NCBI GenBank assembly: GCA_964504875.1
Contig: CAZDFJ010000010.1
Span: 1,161 to 65,160 of the forward strand
From: an uncultured Burkholderiales bacterium
GTDB taxonomy: Bacteria > Pseudomonadota > Gammaproteobacteria > Burkholderiales > CAZDFJ01
Reading direction: 5' to 3'
Length of the DNA: 64,000 bases
Below, in pieces: positions 38,901-47,853 of the stretch. The position numbers and the translations under genes were made by a program. Numbering within the stretch: position 1 is the first letter of the stretch; the number at the start of each line of letters is the position of its first letter. A model generated the notes under the pieces. That model saw only the letters and a program-made list of their open reading frames with translations, had not been told where the DNA came from and did no database searches.

Positions 38901-40048
38901 GGCACGATATTGGTGATACGCTTTTGCGAATGGTCTCGAATCGCATTCAATCTTGTTTAGGTCCTCATGATTTGGTCGCCCGCCAAGGCGGAGATGAATT
39001 TATTATTGTCTTAACACATCCGCATTCTGAAGAGGAAATTTCAATCATTACGCAACATTTGATTGAGAGTATTTCGAGTCCTTATTATATTGATGTACAT
39101 CAATTGCATGTCACAAGCAGTATTGGTATTAGCTTATTTCCTCAAGATGGCATGGATGCTTCGACTTTGATTCGTCATGCAGATAGTGCAATGTATCACG
39201 CGAAAGAAGCAGGTCGGGATGGGTATGCCTTTTTTACTTCGGAAATGAACGCAAAAGCATGTGAAGCTTTAGTGATTGGCAATAACTTACGCCGCGCGAT
39301 TGAAAATCAAGAATTTTTAGTCTATTACCAGCCTCAAGTTGATTTTTATACAGGAGAAATTGTCGGTGCAGAAGCTTTAATTCGGTGGTATTATCCTGAT
39401 GTGGGTTGGATTTCTCCCGCAAAATTTATTCCGATTGCCGAAGATAATGGCTTAATTGCCCAAATTGGCGAATGGGTCTTACGAACCGCGTGCCGACAAA
39501 ACAAACATTGGCAAGATTTAGGTTTGCCGAAAATTCCAATTGCTGTCAATTTATCTGGGGCGCAATGTCGTCATGTCCAAATTGGCGAAACTGTTGAAAA
39601 TATCTTAAAAGAAATTGGATTAGATCCGCATTATCTTGAATTAGAGCTCACAGAAGGGGTCATCATGCATGATACAGAATGGATGATTAATCTAATTCAT
39701 GCTTTTAAAGATAGGGGAATACAAATATCGATTGATGATTTTGGAACGGGTTATTCCAGCTTGAGTTATCTCAAACATTTTGATGTGGATAAACTCAAAA
39801 TCGATCAATCTTTTGTGCGTGATATCGGCAAAGATCCAGATGACGAGGCGATTATTAACGCTATTGTGAGCATTGCGAAGAGTTTAAAATTAAAAGTCAT
39901 TGCGGAAGGGGTGGAAACCATTGCGCAACTTCAATATTTAAAACATCAAGGTTGTGATGAAATGCAAGGTTATTATTTCAGTAAACCTGTTCCACCTGAA
40001 GAATTCCAAATTTTACTTTTCAATCGTAAAAAATTATCATTTATTTAA
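35942..40048 (+). CDS. multi-PAS GGDEF-EAL c-di-GMP turnover protein
   Basis: Multiple PAS repeats and a coiled-coil linker. Intact GGDEF (RQGGDEFIIV, nt 38986-39000) and EAL (EALIRW nt 39371-39379, DDFGTGYSSL, KIDQSF, QGYYFSKP). The start is uncertain: the track gives GTG 35942, but TTG 36005 has GGAG 7 nt upstream. Confidence 0.85.
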   Translation: MLQSKRCVYLKILKANKWSRPLDDQAFLKNLVDVFPNPVLIMEPTGHYLWANLSACTLYGVTLDKLVCQTEADFFTPEESTRLDYGTQTVYTMAQAWSALVPFCSSTGEITPFLFHKTLLVLPSTKKVILVSLCKSERPSPRSPVKNEPFFQTLLEVGQDWLWEIDLNFRFVYNSPQVEKILGHPPQSLRSYLFFDLLDPSCIARIQHVFLALGHHRENALAKTIEICFKHRNQYAVYAEVTILAILDENRHCVGYRGAIHDVTHQRQSEKTLRAQLDFIQLVIDTLPQPVFFKDNEGVYLGCNHAFCDILGVKDAEELIGKDTKTVWAHDDIHEIEQHDAEILVQKKTLISVETQLTFADEIKHYVLINKAPFFDVKGRVAGIVGVITDMTTLANAKKMISEKTNFLEKVIENLPIGIFAKDPNQNLAFTIWNAHMEKIFGVKREEILGKTDFDLFENKEEAHYYQEIDQAVMGDAEIVEIPEEYVSIGNSYIISHTRKVPIFNKNGEPEILLGILQDITERRRTEAELEKHREHLEELVAEQTGALREAKDKAEATAKSLAETEMKFRSIVEQSLVGIYIFQQDHLVYVNPGLRKLLGYTNEELLYQDIRPYIHPASRRRVVRYMSKQLRGQQNHVQYTLQIQHKKGHYIDLEVYGSVVTYNDEQALIGVTLDTTERNRIENELRASEQRFKILVEQAFDGFYLHTLDTGRFLEINQTACEQTGYGRDELLQLSVFDVEVGFSPQQIEALFKNLNILQMGTPLTIEGQMRHKKGQHFPIEVRTGALILNGQRLGLSLVRDITERKLQEARLKAIFENAAIGIALIDSQGYYIQVNQHWAEMLGYSVQELLKIHSMEITHPEDVDPSLEFIRQMRTGEIESYRFEKRFYRKDRSTIWCDLSVTPIYGPDHTLLSMVGLIVDITERKSFEQRIHYLAYHDSLTSLPNRLNLQEKITEIVQKASSENLLLAILFLDLDRFKTINDSLGHDIGDTLLRMVSNRIQSCLGPHDLVARQGGDEFIIVLTHPHSEEEISIITQHLIESISSPYYIDVHQLHVTSSIGISLFPQDGMDASTLIRHADSAMYHAKEAGRDGYAFFTSEMNAKACEALVIGNNLRRAIENQEFLVYYQPQVDFYTGEIVGAEALIRWYYPDVGWISPAKFIPIAEDNGLIAQIGEWVLRTACRQNKHWQDLGLPKIPIAVNLSGAQCRHVQIGETVENILKEIGLDPHYLELELTEGVIMHDTEWMINLIHAFKDRGIQISIDDFGTGYSSLSYLKHFDVDKLKIDQSFVRDIGKDPDDEAIINAIVSIAKSLKLKVIAEGVETIAQLQYLKHQGCDEMQGYYFSKPVPPEEFQILLFNRKKLSFI

Positions 40049-40104
40049 TTTATAAAAACGATTAGTATACAACACACTTTATTTAAAGAAAAAATAAAAT
40101 AAGA

Positions 40105-40133
40105 CTTGAATTCTGAAAAGCTTTTCCCCATAT
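40105..40133 (+). promoter_or_regulatory. sigma-32 (RpoH) heat-shock promoter of clpB
   Basis: CTTGAA (40105-40110), a 15-nt spacer, then CCCCATAT (40126-40133). This is close to the E. coli consensus CTTGAA ... CCCCATnT. It lies about 35 nt upstream of the clpB ATG. Confidence 0.7.
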
Positions 40134-40167
40134 TGATTTGAGTAACCAATTTTTGAGGAAAATAAAA

Positions 40168-42786
40168 ATGCGAATTGACCAATTAACAACAAAATTTCAA
40201 GAAGCATTACAAGATGCGCAAAGCATGGCTGTTGGCATGGATCACGCTTATATAGAGCCTGAACATCTTTTGTTAGCTTTTCTTAATCAACAAGACGGGA
40301 GTTGTGTCCCTGTTTTAAAACGCTGTCAAGTGAATCCGAATCGTATACGGGAAGGGCTTTCTCAACGCCTTGAAAAAATGCCAAAAGTACAAGGACAAGG
40401 GGGCGAAGTTCAACCTTCACGGGATTTGATTGCATTGCTGAATTTAACAGATAAAGAAGCCCAGCGTCGCCAAGATCAATTTATCGCTTCAGAGCTTTTT
40501 TTACTAGCATTAATGCAAGAAAAAGAAACGGAAGTCTCTAAAATTTTAAAGCAAGCGGGCTTGGTGAAAGCCACGCTGATTGAAGCGATTGACTCAATGC
40601 GAGGAGGAGAGCGTGTGGATAATCAAGAAGTTGAAAATCAACGTGAAGCTTTAAAACGTTATACTTTGGATTTAACTGAACGTGCCCGTTTGGGAAAACT
40701 TGATCCGGTTATTGGTCGTGATGACGAAATTCGCCGCGCGATTCAAGTCTTACAGCGCCGGACGAAAAATAATCCGGTTTTAATTGGTGAGCCTGGAGTC
40801 GGGAAAACCGCCATTGTAGAAGGCTTGGCCCAACGGATTATCAATCATGAAGTGCCAGATAGTTTGAAAAATCGTCGGGTTTTGGTCTTAGATTTAGCGT
40901 CTTTGTTGGCGGGCGCAAAATATCGAGGGGAATTTGAGGAACGTCTGAAAGCAGTCCTCAAAGAACTCGCCCAAGACGAAGGCAACAATATCGTTTTTAT
41001 TGATGAAATTCATACTTTGGTTGGGGCCGGAAAAGCAGAAGGGGCGATTGACGCAGGAAATATGTTAAAACCTGCACTGGCGCGTGGAGAACTGCATTGT
41101 ATTGGCGCGACCACATTGGATGAATATCGCAAATATATCGAAAAAGATCCCGCATTAGAACGCCGTTTTCAAAAAGTGCTCATTGAAGAACCTTCTGTGA
41201 TTGATACGATTGCAATTTTACGGGGGTTGAAAGAAAAATATGAAGTGCATCATGGCGTAGAAATTACTGATCCTGCGATTATTGCGGCAGCTGAATTATC
41301 ACATCGTTATATTACAGATCGTTTCTTACCAGATAAAGCGATTGATTTAATTGACGAAGCCGCCGCCAAAATCAAGATTGAAATTGATTCAAAACCAGAA
41401 GCAATGGATAAAATTGAACGGCGTTTGATTCAACTCAAAATTGAGCGGGAAGCCGTCAAAAAAGAAAAAGATGACGGTTCGAAAAAACGCCTGCAAGTTA
41501 TTGAAGAAGAAATTCAAAAACTTGAACGCGAATATAGTGATTTAGAAGAAATTTGGAAATCTGAAAAAACCCAAGCACGGGGCACGCAAACCATCAAAGA
41601 AGAAATCGAGAAAGTCAAGCATGAAATGGATGAATATCGTCGTGCGGGAAATTTACAAAAATTAGCAGAGCTTCAATATGGCAAACTGTTTGAGCTGGAA
41701 AGTCAATTGAAAAAAGCCGATGCGGCTCAAGCGAATGCAGACACAGCCCCGCAACCGTTCAAGTTATTACGAACCGAAGTCAATGCAGAAGGCATTGCGG
41801 AAATCGTCTCACGAATGACAGGTATCCCCATTTCACGGATGTTACAAGGTGAACGTGACAAATTGTTGCATATGGAAGATAAACTACACCAACGCGTCAT
41901 TGGTCAAGAAGAAGCCGTCCGTTTTGTTTCCAATGCGATTCGTCGATCACGGGCAGGCTTATCTGATCCGAAACGACCTTATGGCTCATTCTTGTTTTTA
42001 GGCCCCACTGGTGTTGGGAAAACAGAATTATGTAAAGCCTTAGCAGAATTTCTGTTTGATTCAGAAGATCATCTTATTCGGATAGATATGTCTGAATATA
42101 TGGAAAAACACAGTGTCGCCCGCTTGATTGGGGCACCGCCCGGCTATGTGGGTTACGATGAAGGGGGCTATTTGACAGAAGCGGTTCGCCGTAAACCGTA
42201 TGCCGTGATTTTATTAGACGAAGTTGAAAAAGCGCATCCGGATGTGTTTAACGTCTTGTTGCAAGTTTTGGATGACGGGCGCATGACTGATGGACAAGGA
42301 CGAACTGTTGATTTCAAAAATACAGTGATTATTATGACATCGAATTTGGCTTCGCAACATATTCAAGCCTTAGATAATCAGCCTTATGCCGTGATTAAAC
42401 AGGCGGTTCTTGATGAAGTGAAACAATATTTCCGACCTGAATTTATTAATCGAATTGACGAAGTCGTGGTGTTCCATCCCTTAGATGAAAAAAATATTGA
42501 ATCTATTGCGACAGTCCAATTGAGTTATTTAGCGAATCGTTTAGCTACAATGCAAATGGAATTACATATTCGCCACGCTGCTTTGGCTGAACTGGCAAAA
42601 GCAGGATTTGATCCGATTTATGGGGCCCGCCCACTGAAACGGGCGATTCAAGCAGAATTAGAAAATCCTTTGGCTCAACGAATCTTAGCCGGTGATTTTG
42701 CGCCGAAAGATCAGATTATTATTGATTTTGACCCCACGCAAGGTTTTGTTTTTAATAAATATTTTCCATTAGAGAAAACTAAATAA
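40168..42786 (+). CDS. clpB: ATP-dependent disaggregase ClpB
   Basis: Two AAA+ modules (Walker A GEPGVGKT and GPTGVGKT) and a long coiled-coil middle domain. ATG 40168 (MRIDQLT) has GAGGA 8 nt upstream; the track start at 40138 is TTG. Confidence 0.95.
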   Translation: MRIDQLTTKFQEALQDAQSMAVGMDHAYIEPEHLLLAFLNQQDGSCVPVLKRCQVNPNRIREGLSQRLEKMPKVQGQGGEVQPSRDLIALLNLTDKEAQRRQDQFIASELFLLALMQEKETEVSKILKQAGLVKATLIEAIDSMRGGERVDNQEVENQREALKRYTLDLTERARLGKLDPVIGRDDEIRRAIQVLQRRTKNNPVLIGEPGVGKTAIVEGLAQRIINHEVPDSLKNRRVLVLDLASLLAGAKYRGEFEERLKAVLKELAQDEGNNIVFIDEIHTLVGAGKAEGAIDAGNMLKPALARGELHCIGATTLDEYRKYIEKDPALERRFQKVLIEEPSVIDTIAILRGLKEKYEVHHGVEITDPAIIAAAELSHRYITDRFLPDKAIDLIDEAAAKIKIEIDSKPEAMDKIERRLIQLKIEREAVKKEKDDGSKKRLQVIEEEIQKLEREYSDLEEIWKSEKTQARGTQTIKEEIEKVKHEMDEYRRAGNLQKLAELQYGKLFELESQLKKADAAQANADTAPQPFKLLRTEVNAEGIAEIVSRMTGIPISRMLQGERDKLLHMEDKLHQRVIGQEEAVRFVSNAIRRSRAGLSDPKRPYGSFLFLGPTGVGKTELCKALAEFLFDSEDHLIRIDMSEYMEKHSVARLIGAPPGYVGYDEGGYLTEAVRRKPYAVILLDEVEKAHPDVFNVLLQVLDDGRMTDGQGRTVDFKNTVIIMTSNLASQHIQALDNQPYAVIKQAVLDEVKQYFRPEFINRIDEVVVFHPLDEKNIESIATVQLSYLANRLATMQMELHIRHAALAELAKAGFDPIYGARPLKRAIQAELENPLAQRILAGDFAPKDQIIIDFDPTQGFVFNKYFPLEKTK
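40602..40617 (+). promoter_or_regulatory. clpB: internal SD + GTG translation start inside clpB (short ClpB isoform)
   Basis: AGGAGG (40602-40607) lies 7 nt upstream of in-frame GTG (40615, Val150 in [10 protein letters not shown]). This is the position equivalent to the E. coli clpB internal GTG start. Confidence 0.55.
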
Positions 42787-42812
42787 TCAGTCTCTAATTA
42801 AGATTTCTTTTT

Positions 42813-42848
42813 GCCCCCGTTCCTCACAAAAACGGGGGCTTTGCTTTA
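42813..42848 (+). terminator. clpB terminator
   Basis: 9-bp stem GCCCCCGTT / AACGGGGGC (42813-42821 / 42831-42839) with a 9-nt loop, followed by tttgcttta. Confidence 0.75.
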
Positions 42849-44051
42849 TGTAGAAAGAAAATCGAGCGGCGCAAAACCCAATTCATGTTGTTTCATTCCA
42901 AACCATTTTTCCAGAATAGTGGCGTAAATGGCCCGAAAATCAGTGGTATAAACTAAATTGCCTTGTTGCAGCTGAGTTAAACTAGGCGGTGCCCCATAAA
43001 TCCCCCCTTTAACGCGGCCGCCGATTGCAAAATGAACATTGGCTGTGCCATGATCGGTCCCTTGACTGCCATTTTCGCCCGCCCGTCTCCCAAATTCAGA
43101 ATACGTCATAAGAAGCACTTGTTGCCAACAATTCATTTGGACACAGGCTTTTTTGAAAGCCACAAGATTCTCTGCTAAATCAGCAAGGAGGCGTTGTTGC
43201 GTTCCTAATTGTTGCTGATGTGTATCAAATCCCCCTAAGGTTATTTTTGCCACCCGAAAATGCTGCTGATTGACTAATAATTGGCTCAATGTTTGAAAAG
43301 CCTGACCTAATTGTCCTTTTGGAAAATCAAAATGACTCGGCTGTAACTGACGGATTTCTTCAAGCGCGTGGTGGATTTCCGCTTCAGTTTGTAACAAATG
43401 GGCTAAGGCCGGATTGCGCGCGGCATGTACTTGTGGCGTAAAAGCGGTTTTATTTTTTCCAAATTGATTAATCTTAGATAAATTCAGCACCCGCATTTTA
43501 TTACCTAGAAGCGGCCCAATTTCGGCACTGTTTAAAATAATACCATCCCCTAACCAGTTTTTTGGCGTAGGAATCGATTGCAAAGTTCGGGCAAGCCAAC
43601 CTTCTGTAAGAAATTCATTACTTTTTGAAGCGGTTTCCCAAATTTCGATGGAACGAAAATGAGACAAATTTGGATGCGGATAACCGACGCCCTGTAAAAC
43701 GGCGACTTCTTTTTGTTCAAAAAGGGCCGTCAACGGTCCAAGTGCAGGATGCAGTCCAAATGTTGATGTGACAGGCAGGATTTTTTCTGAGGGTAAAGCT
43801 AAGCGCGGGCGTAACTGGTAATAAGCAGGATCACCAAAAGGAATCCATGTATTTAAACCATCATTGCCTCCTTTCAACTCGATTAATACTAAAAGAGGCG
43901 GTTTTGTGGAAGAGATTTTTTCTTTTTCTAATGTGGACAAAAGAACGGGCGAAGCTGTCGCAAGATGAGGCCACCACGGTGTGATTATACTCAAACCAAG
44001 TCCTTTGAGAAAACCACGACGGGAAACAGAAAAAGCCAAGGGCGTAGTCAT
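42846..44051 (-). CDS. DUF1501 family protein (sulfatase/alkaline-phosphatase-like), Tat-exported
   Basis: Twin-arginine signal SRRGFLKGLGLS. DUF1501 landmarks LGGFDTHQQQ and SEFGRRAGENGSQGTDHGTA. Confidence 0.8.
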   Translation of the reverse strand: MTTPLAFSVSRRGFLKGLGLSIITPWWPHLATASPVLLSTLEKEKISSTKPPLLVLIELKGGNDGLNTWIPFGDPAYYQLRPRLALPSEKILPVTSTFGLHPALGPLTALFEQKEVAVLQGVGYPHPNLSHFRSIEIWETASKSNEFLTEGWLARTLQSIPTPKNWLGDGIILNSAEIGPLLGNKMRVLNLSKINQFGKNKTAFTPQVHAARNPALAHLLQTEAEIHHALEEIRQLQPSHFDFPKGQLGQAFQTLSQLLVNQQHFRVAKITLGGFDTHQQQLGTQQRLLADLAENLVAFKKACVQMNCWQQVLLMTYSEFGRRAGENGSQGTDHGTANVHFAIGGRVKGGIYGAPPSLTQLQQGNLVYTTDFRAIYATILEKWFGMKQHELGFAPLDFLST

Positions 44052-44066
44052 AATAGAAATTGCTTT

Positions 44067-45479
44067 TTATTTGAGTTGATAAACAGGATCATTGATGATT
44101 TGTTGAATTGTTTCAAGCGAAGCCGTTTTTCCGATAGGGGTTGTTGGTTTTAATACTAACAAAAATTGTATCGCTTGTTCGCTATTTGCAAAAGGTTGCC
44201 ACCATTTTTGCACGTCAAAGTAGAGATCTTGACGTGGATCAGGATTCTTTTTATGGGTACGCATTTCTTCAGCGCGCAAGAGACGCTGTAACCATTGCTG
44301 CCGTCGTGCCAGTGTCTCTGTATTAATCCATAACGTCCCGCCTACCCAACCACGCACATTAGGCGGCGCCAATAAATTTTGGCCTAGCGCCGCACTGGTC
44401 ATTGCAAAAGGTCCGTAATCTTGAGGATGGAGAGAAAATTGCTTGAGCGAACCCGCAATTAACTCAATCGGTGATTTAATTAAAACACCGCGATATTGCG
44501 CCGCATAAAAAGCATCAGACGTCAATAAGGCCGTCAAGACAGGTTGCAATTGATAATCATTTTGTCTAAAAATATGTGCAAGTTTCTGAATCATCGCTGA
44601 ATCAATTTCAGGCGAAACAAATTCATGCCATAATTTAGTGACAATCCATTCTGCTGTTTCAGGACGATTCAGAATCAAACGTACCACGGCCTCGCTATCC
44701 CAATTCCCCTTTTGGCCGAAAATAATTTTATCTTCTGAATCGTGTTGGCGTGGTACAAAGCGAACGGTTCCCACTTCCCGATCCAAGCTTAATCCCGTCA
44801 AAGCCCGTGCGACTTCACGAATATCTTGTTCAGTATAATGTCCTGTTCCTAATGTAAATAACTCAAGTAATTCTCGGGCAAGATTTTCGTTGGGTTGCCC
44901 CTGACGATTATTGACGGCATCAAGATAAAGTAACATTGCGCCATCCCGTAAGATGTCATGCAGAAGCACACGAAATGACCCAATTGCTTCGCGCCGAAAA
45001 AGTTTATTTTGTTGCCACATCCATTGTGGGTTTTTAACTTTTTGAAGACTGGAAACAAAATGATTATGCCAAAATAATGTCATTTTTTCTCGAAGCGGTG
45101 CGGATGTTTCGGTAATTTCTTGTAACCACCACGCTCGCAAGGCGCGTCCTTGTTCTAGATTCATTTCGCGCCCTTGTTTTTTTTCATCGTCAGAAAGCGT
45201 ATTGGGTTTAGGCGGCACCGCCCAACGTTGCGTCCATTCGGGTGGCCTTGTTTGCAAGGGATCATGTAAGGCATGTGTGATCAATGTTTGCACAGCTTGT
45301 TCCCGTGAGCGTTGTGCAAATATTTGCACATCCGCAAAAGAAGCATGAAAAGCCGTCCGAGCGAGCAAATGTTGCGCTTCGGCAAATCCCATTGGGGCCG
45401 CTTCACTCACTGAAATACTCAATATGTAATAAAAAATCAGTAAAATAAGTCGACTGACACGCGAAGAAAAGAACATCAT
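44067..45479 (-). CDS. DUF1800 family protein (secreted)
   Basis: 470 aa with a signal-peptide-like N-terminus and the DUF1800 landmark LFWHNHFVSS. It sits immediately upstream of a DUF1501 gene, the usual pairing. Confidence 0.75.
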   Translation of the reverse strand: MMFFSSRVSRLILLIFYYILSISVSEAAPMGFAEAQHLLARTAFHASFADVQIFAQRSREQAVQTLITHALHDPLQTRPPEWTQRWAVPPKPNTLSDDEKKQGREMNLEQGRALRAWWLQEITETSAPLREKMTLFWHNHFVSSLQKVKNPQWMWQQNKLFRREAIGSFRVLLHDILRDGAMLLYLDAVNNRQGQPNENLARELLELFTLGTGHYTEQDIREVARALTGLSLDREVGTVRFVPRQHDSEDKIIFGQKGNWDSEAVVRLILNRPETAEWIVTKLWHEFVSPEIDSAMIQKLAHIFRQNDYQLQPVLTALLTSDAFYAAQYRGVLIKSPIELIAGSLKQFSLHPQDYGPFAMTSAALGQNLLAPPNVRGWVGGTLWINTETLARRQQWLQRLLRAEEMRTHKKNPDPRQDLYFDVQKWWQPFANSEQAIQFLLVLKPTTPIGKTASLETIQQIINDPVYQLK

Positions 45480-45488
45480 TCGTTTGGT

Positions 45489-46046
45489 TTATCTCAAAAA
45501 AGGTGGAAAACGGAGAGGATGTTGTGCAAACCAATCCCCTGCAAAATGCGTCCATTGCCGGCGAAATCCTTGATTTGGAAAGTTTTTTTGAATCCGTTGT
45601 ACTGTCAGTTTAGGTAACCCAAATTGCAAGATCCCCAAAGAGGCATCAATCAAACTGCTTTGTCGAAAGCGTTCGACAAGCGGAAAATGAGGTTCTGAAT
45701 GCGAACGAAATTGATGATGCTTATGAATCATTAATGCGATTTCTGCGCCCCAATGTTCTAAATTACGATTTTCCAGATATTCACACGCGAGGGCAATAGA
45801 AGGTGGAAGCGCGTCTGAATCACGCGGGATCCATGTTCCTAAATCATGAAAGCAACTTGCAATAATAATTTTGCTTCGAATATCAGGCGTCATTTTTTCT
45901 GCACTAAAAAAAACTAATGCAAAATTATAATGGACAACCCGATAGACATGATTTTTATAACCAGAATAACAATCCCCTAATGTTCTTTGCCATGGAGACA
46001 AAATCTCTTCAACTAATGAAATATCTTTCTCGATTGTAAACATCAA
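45489..46046 (-). CDS. HD-domain phosphohydrolase-like protein
   Basis: 185 aa with H...HD metal motif (NHVYRVVHY ... SCFHDLGT) and HKHH. AGGAGG (complement of 46054-46059) lies 7 nt upstream of TTG 46046; ATG 46043 is an alternative. Confidence 0.65.
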   Translation of the reverse strand: MMFTIEKDISLVEEILSPWQRTLGDCYSGYKNHVYRVVHYNFALVFFSAEKMTPDIRSKIIIASCFHDLGTWIPRDSDALPPSIALACEYLENRNLEHWGAEIALMIHKHHQFRSHSEPHFPLVERFRQSSLIDASLGILQFGLPKLTVQRIQKNFPNQGFRRQWTHFAGDWFAQHPLRFPPFLR

Positions 46047-46549
46047 TCTGATTCCTCCTATGGGCAGGCATTTTCTGTATTAGACTTATTTTTAAATAAC
46101 GCATACCTTAATATAAATATATTGTAAATTTCTGAATATTTTATCATTCAATCTAGTCTTTTGGTACAAAAAGAGAGAGGCTTCTTCGTTTTTTTATGAA
46201 ATATTGTGATAATTTTTTTTATTTTTAACTAAAAAACAAAAGTAACTTGGAATCATTATTTCATAAAAATTTTTTAGAATCTTACATGATCTTTCTAGAT
46301 ATTGCATGCATTAATTAAAAAAATAGATAACTTCCTGAATTTATAAATTTTTTATATTAAAATATTTCACACTATTATTATTAATAATTGTTAATTTTAA
46401 CTGATTAATCAGCCAGATAATAGTATTTTTATTACAAAATAGCTTCATTTATTTTTTTAAATTTATTCATTAAATATTAAAAATCTTTAACTAAACTGAT
46501 CGATTGATCATTTAAAATCAGGTAAAATAATTGATTTTTTGCGTAAAAA

Positions 46550-46577
46550 TTGACTATCGTGTTGTTTTATTTATAAA
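46550..46577 (+). promoter_or_regulatory. candidate sigma-70 promoter for marC-family gene
   Basis: TTGACT (46550-46555), 16 nt, then TATAAA (46572-46577). Matches like this arise easily in very AT-rich DNA. Confidence 0.3.
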
Positions 46578-46617
46578 AAAATAATAAATTTAGTTGCCAA
46601 AAAGGAGTCTCTATTTT

Positions 46618-47238
46618 ATGGAATATGCAGATTATGCCAAGTCATTAATTGCCGTTTTAGTCATTGTTAATCCATTAGGAGCCATTCCCGTTTTTTTAAC
46701 ACTAACGGCAAATTATCCTGATCAGGAACGTAAAAACGTATCCAAAATGACCGCTTTTTCCGTCACCTTAGTGCTTATTATAAGCAGTTTAATTGGTGAA
46801 AAATTACTGAAGTTATTTGGTGTAACCATTGATGCTTTTCGAGTCGGCGGTGGCATTTTAATTTTGATGATGGCAATGGGTATGATGCATGCACAACCTT
46901 TACGAAGCAAGCAAACCCCTGAGGAACATGAAGAAGCTTCTGACCGTGAAAACATTGCGGTGGTCCCAATGGCAATTCCACTCTTAGCGGGACCGGGAGC
47001 CATTAGTACGATGATCATTTATGCGCACCAAACTAACGATTGGCTAGACTTTTTTTATTTATGGTTAGTGAGTTTAAGTGTAGGCTTAACAGTTTTTTTG
47101 ACATTATTAGCTGCAAACCCAATTAGTCATTATTTAGGGAAAACAGGTGTTAATATTGCCACCCGTTTAATGGGACTGATTCTTGCCGCCGTGGCGGTGG
47201 AATTTATTGCAAAAGGGGTCAAAAAGCTTTTATTTTAA
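46618..47238 (+). CDS. MarC family (UPF0056) integral membrane protein
   Basis: About 206 aa and 6 TM with a MarC-like N-terminus (LIAVLVIVNPLGAIPVFL). AGGAG lies upstream of ATG 46618; the track start at 46594 is TTG. Confidence 0.8.
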   Translation: MEYADYAKSLIAVLVIVNPLGAIPVFLTLTANYPDQERKNVSKMTAFSVTLVLIISSLIGEKLLKLFGVTIDAFRVGGGILILMMAMGMMHAQPLRSKQTPEEHEEASDRENIAVVPMAIPLLAGPGAISTMIIYAHQTNDWLDFFYLWLVSLSVGLTVFLTLLAANPISHYLGKTGVNIATRLMGLILAAVAVEFIAKGVKKLLF

Positions 47239-47243
47239 TAAAA

Positions 47244-47277
47244 AATCCACTTTTTTGAGGGATCAATCAAGTGGATT
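47244..47277 (-). terminator. terminator of the dusB-purH-purD-purE-tsaC transcription unit
   Basis: AATCCACTT / AAGTGGATT 9-bp stem with an inner TTGA/TCAA extension. On the minus strand TTTTTTATTA follows. The plus-strand tail is poor. Confidence 0.65.
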
Positions 47278-47290
47278 GATTATAATGATT

Positions 47291-47848
47291 TTAACGAATA
47301 CGCTGGCCATTAAAGGGATTAATAATGGTTGAGGGGCGTTTTGATTGTCCAATCTTTCCCGGAATAATTCTAATCGGATGCTTTCCAAATTGGCGGATAC
47401 ATTCCCGATAAGTTTTAATGGCCATTTTTCCTGAACGATTTGCACTGGTTGATACAAGCGCTGATCGGGTCAAATCACACATTTTTTTGGCAACAGGATG
47501 CGCTGTCAAACGAATTGCTAAAACAGCCCGGCGACCTGTCAAAAGAGGGAAAACCCGCTGGTATTTTGGAAGTAAAAACGTATAGGGTCCCGGCCAATGA
47601 GCCGTTATTTGCGCTTGGACAGGCGCAGGAAATTGCGCAATTGGTTGGACTAATCGACGGAGTTGTGTTCGATCAGACGCGATCACAATAAGGCCTTTAT
47701 GTTGCGGCCGCTGCTTTAATGCGAGAATTTTACGGATACCCACATAAGAATAGGGGTCGCAACCTAGACCATAACATGATTCGGTGGGGTAGGCAATCAC
47801 GCCCCCCCGTTTTAAATACGCCTGTAATGCACGATCTCGGGGGCGCAT
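47291..47848 (-). CDS. tsaC: L-threonylcarbamoyladenylate synthase (YrdC/TsaC family)
   Basis: 185-aa YrdC domain: GGVIAYPTESCYGLGCDP, KQRPQHKGLIVIAS, STSAN. Confidence 0.8.
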   Translation of the reverse strand: MRPRDRALQAYLKRGGVIAYPTESCYGLGCDPYSYVGIRKILALKQRPQHKGLIVIASDRTQLRRLVQPIAQFPAPVQAQITAHWPGPYTFLLPKYQRVFPLLTGRRAVLAIRLTAHPVAKKMCDLTRSALVSTSANRSGKMAIKTYRECIRQFGKHPIRIIPGKIGQSKRPSTIINPFNGQRIR

Positions 47849-47853
47849 AATCG

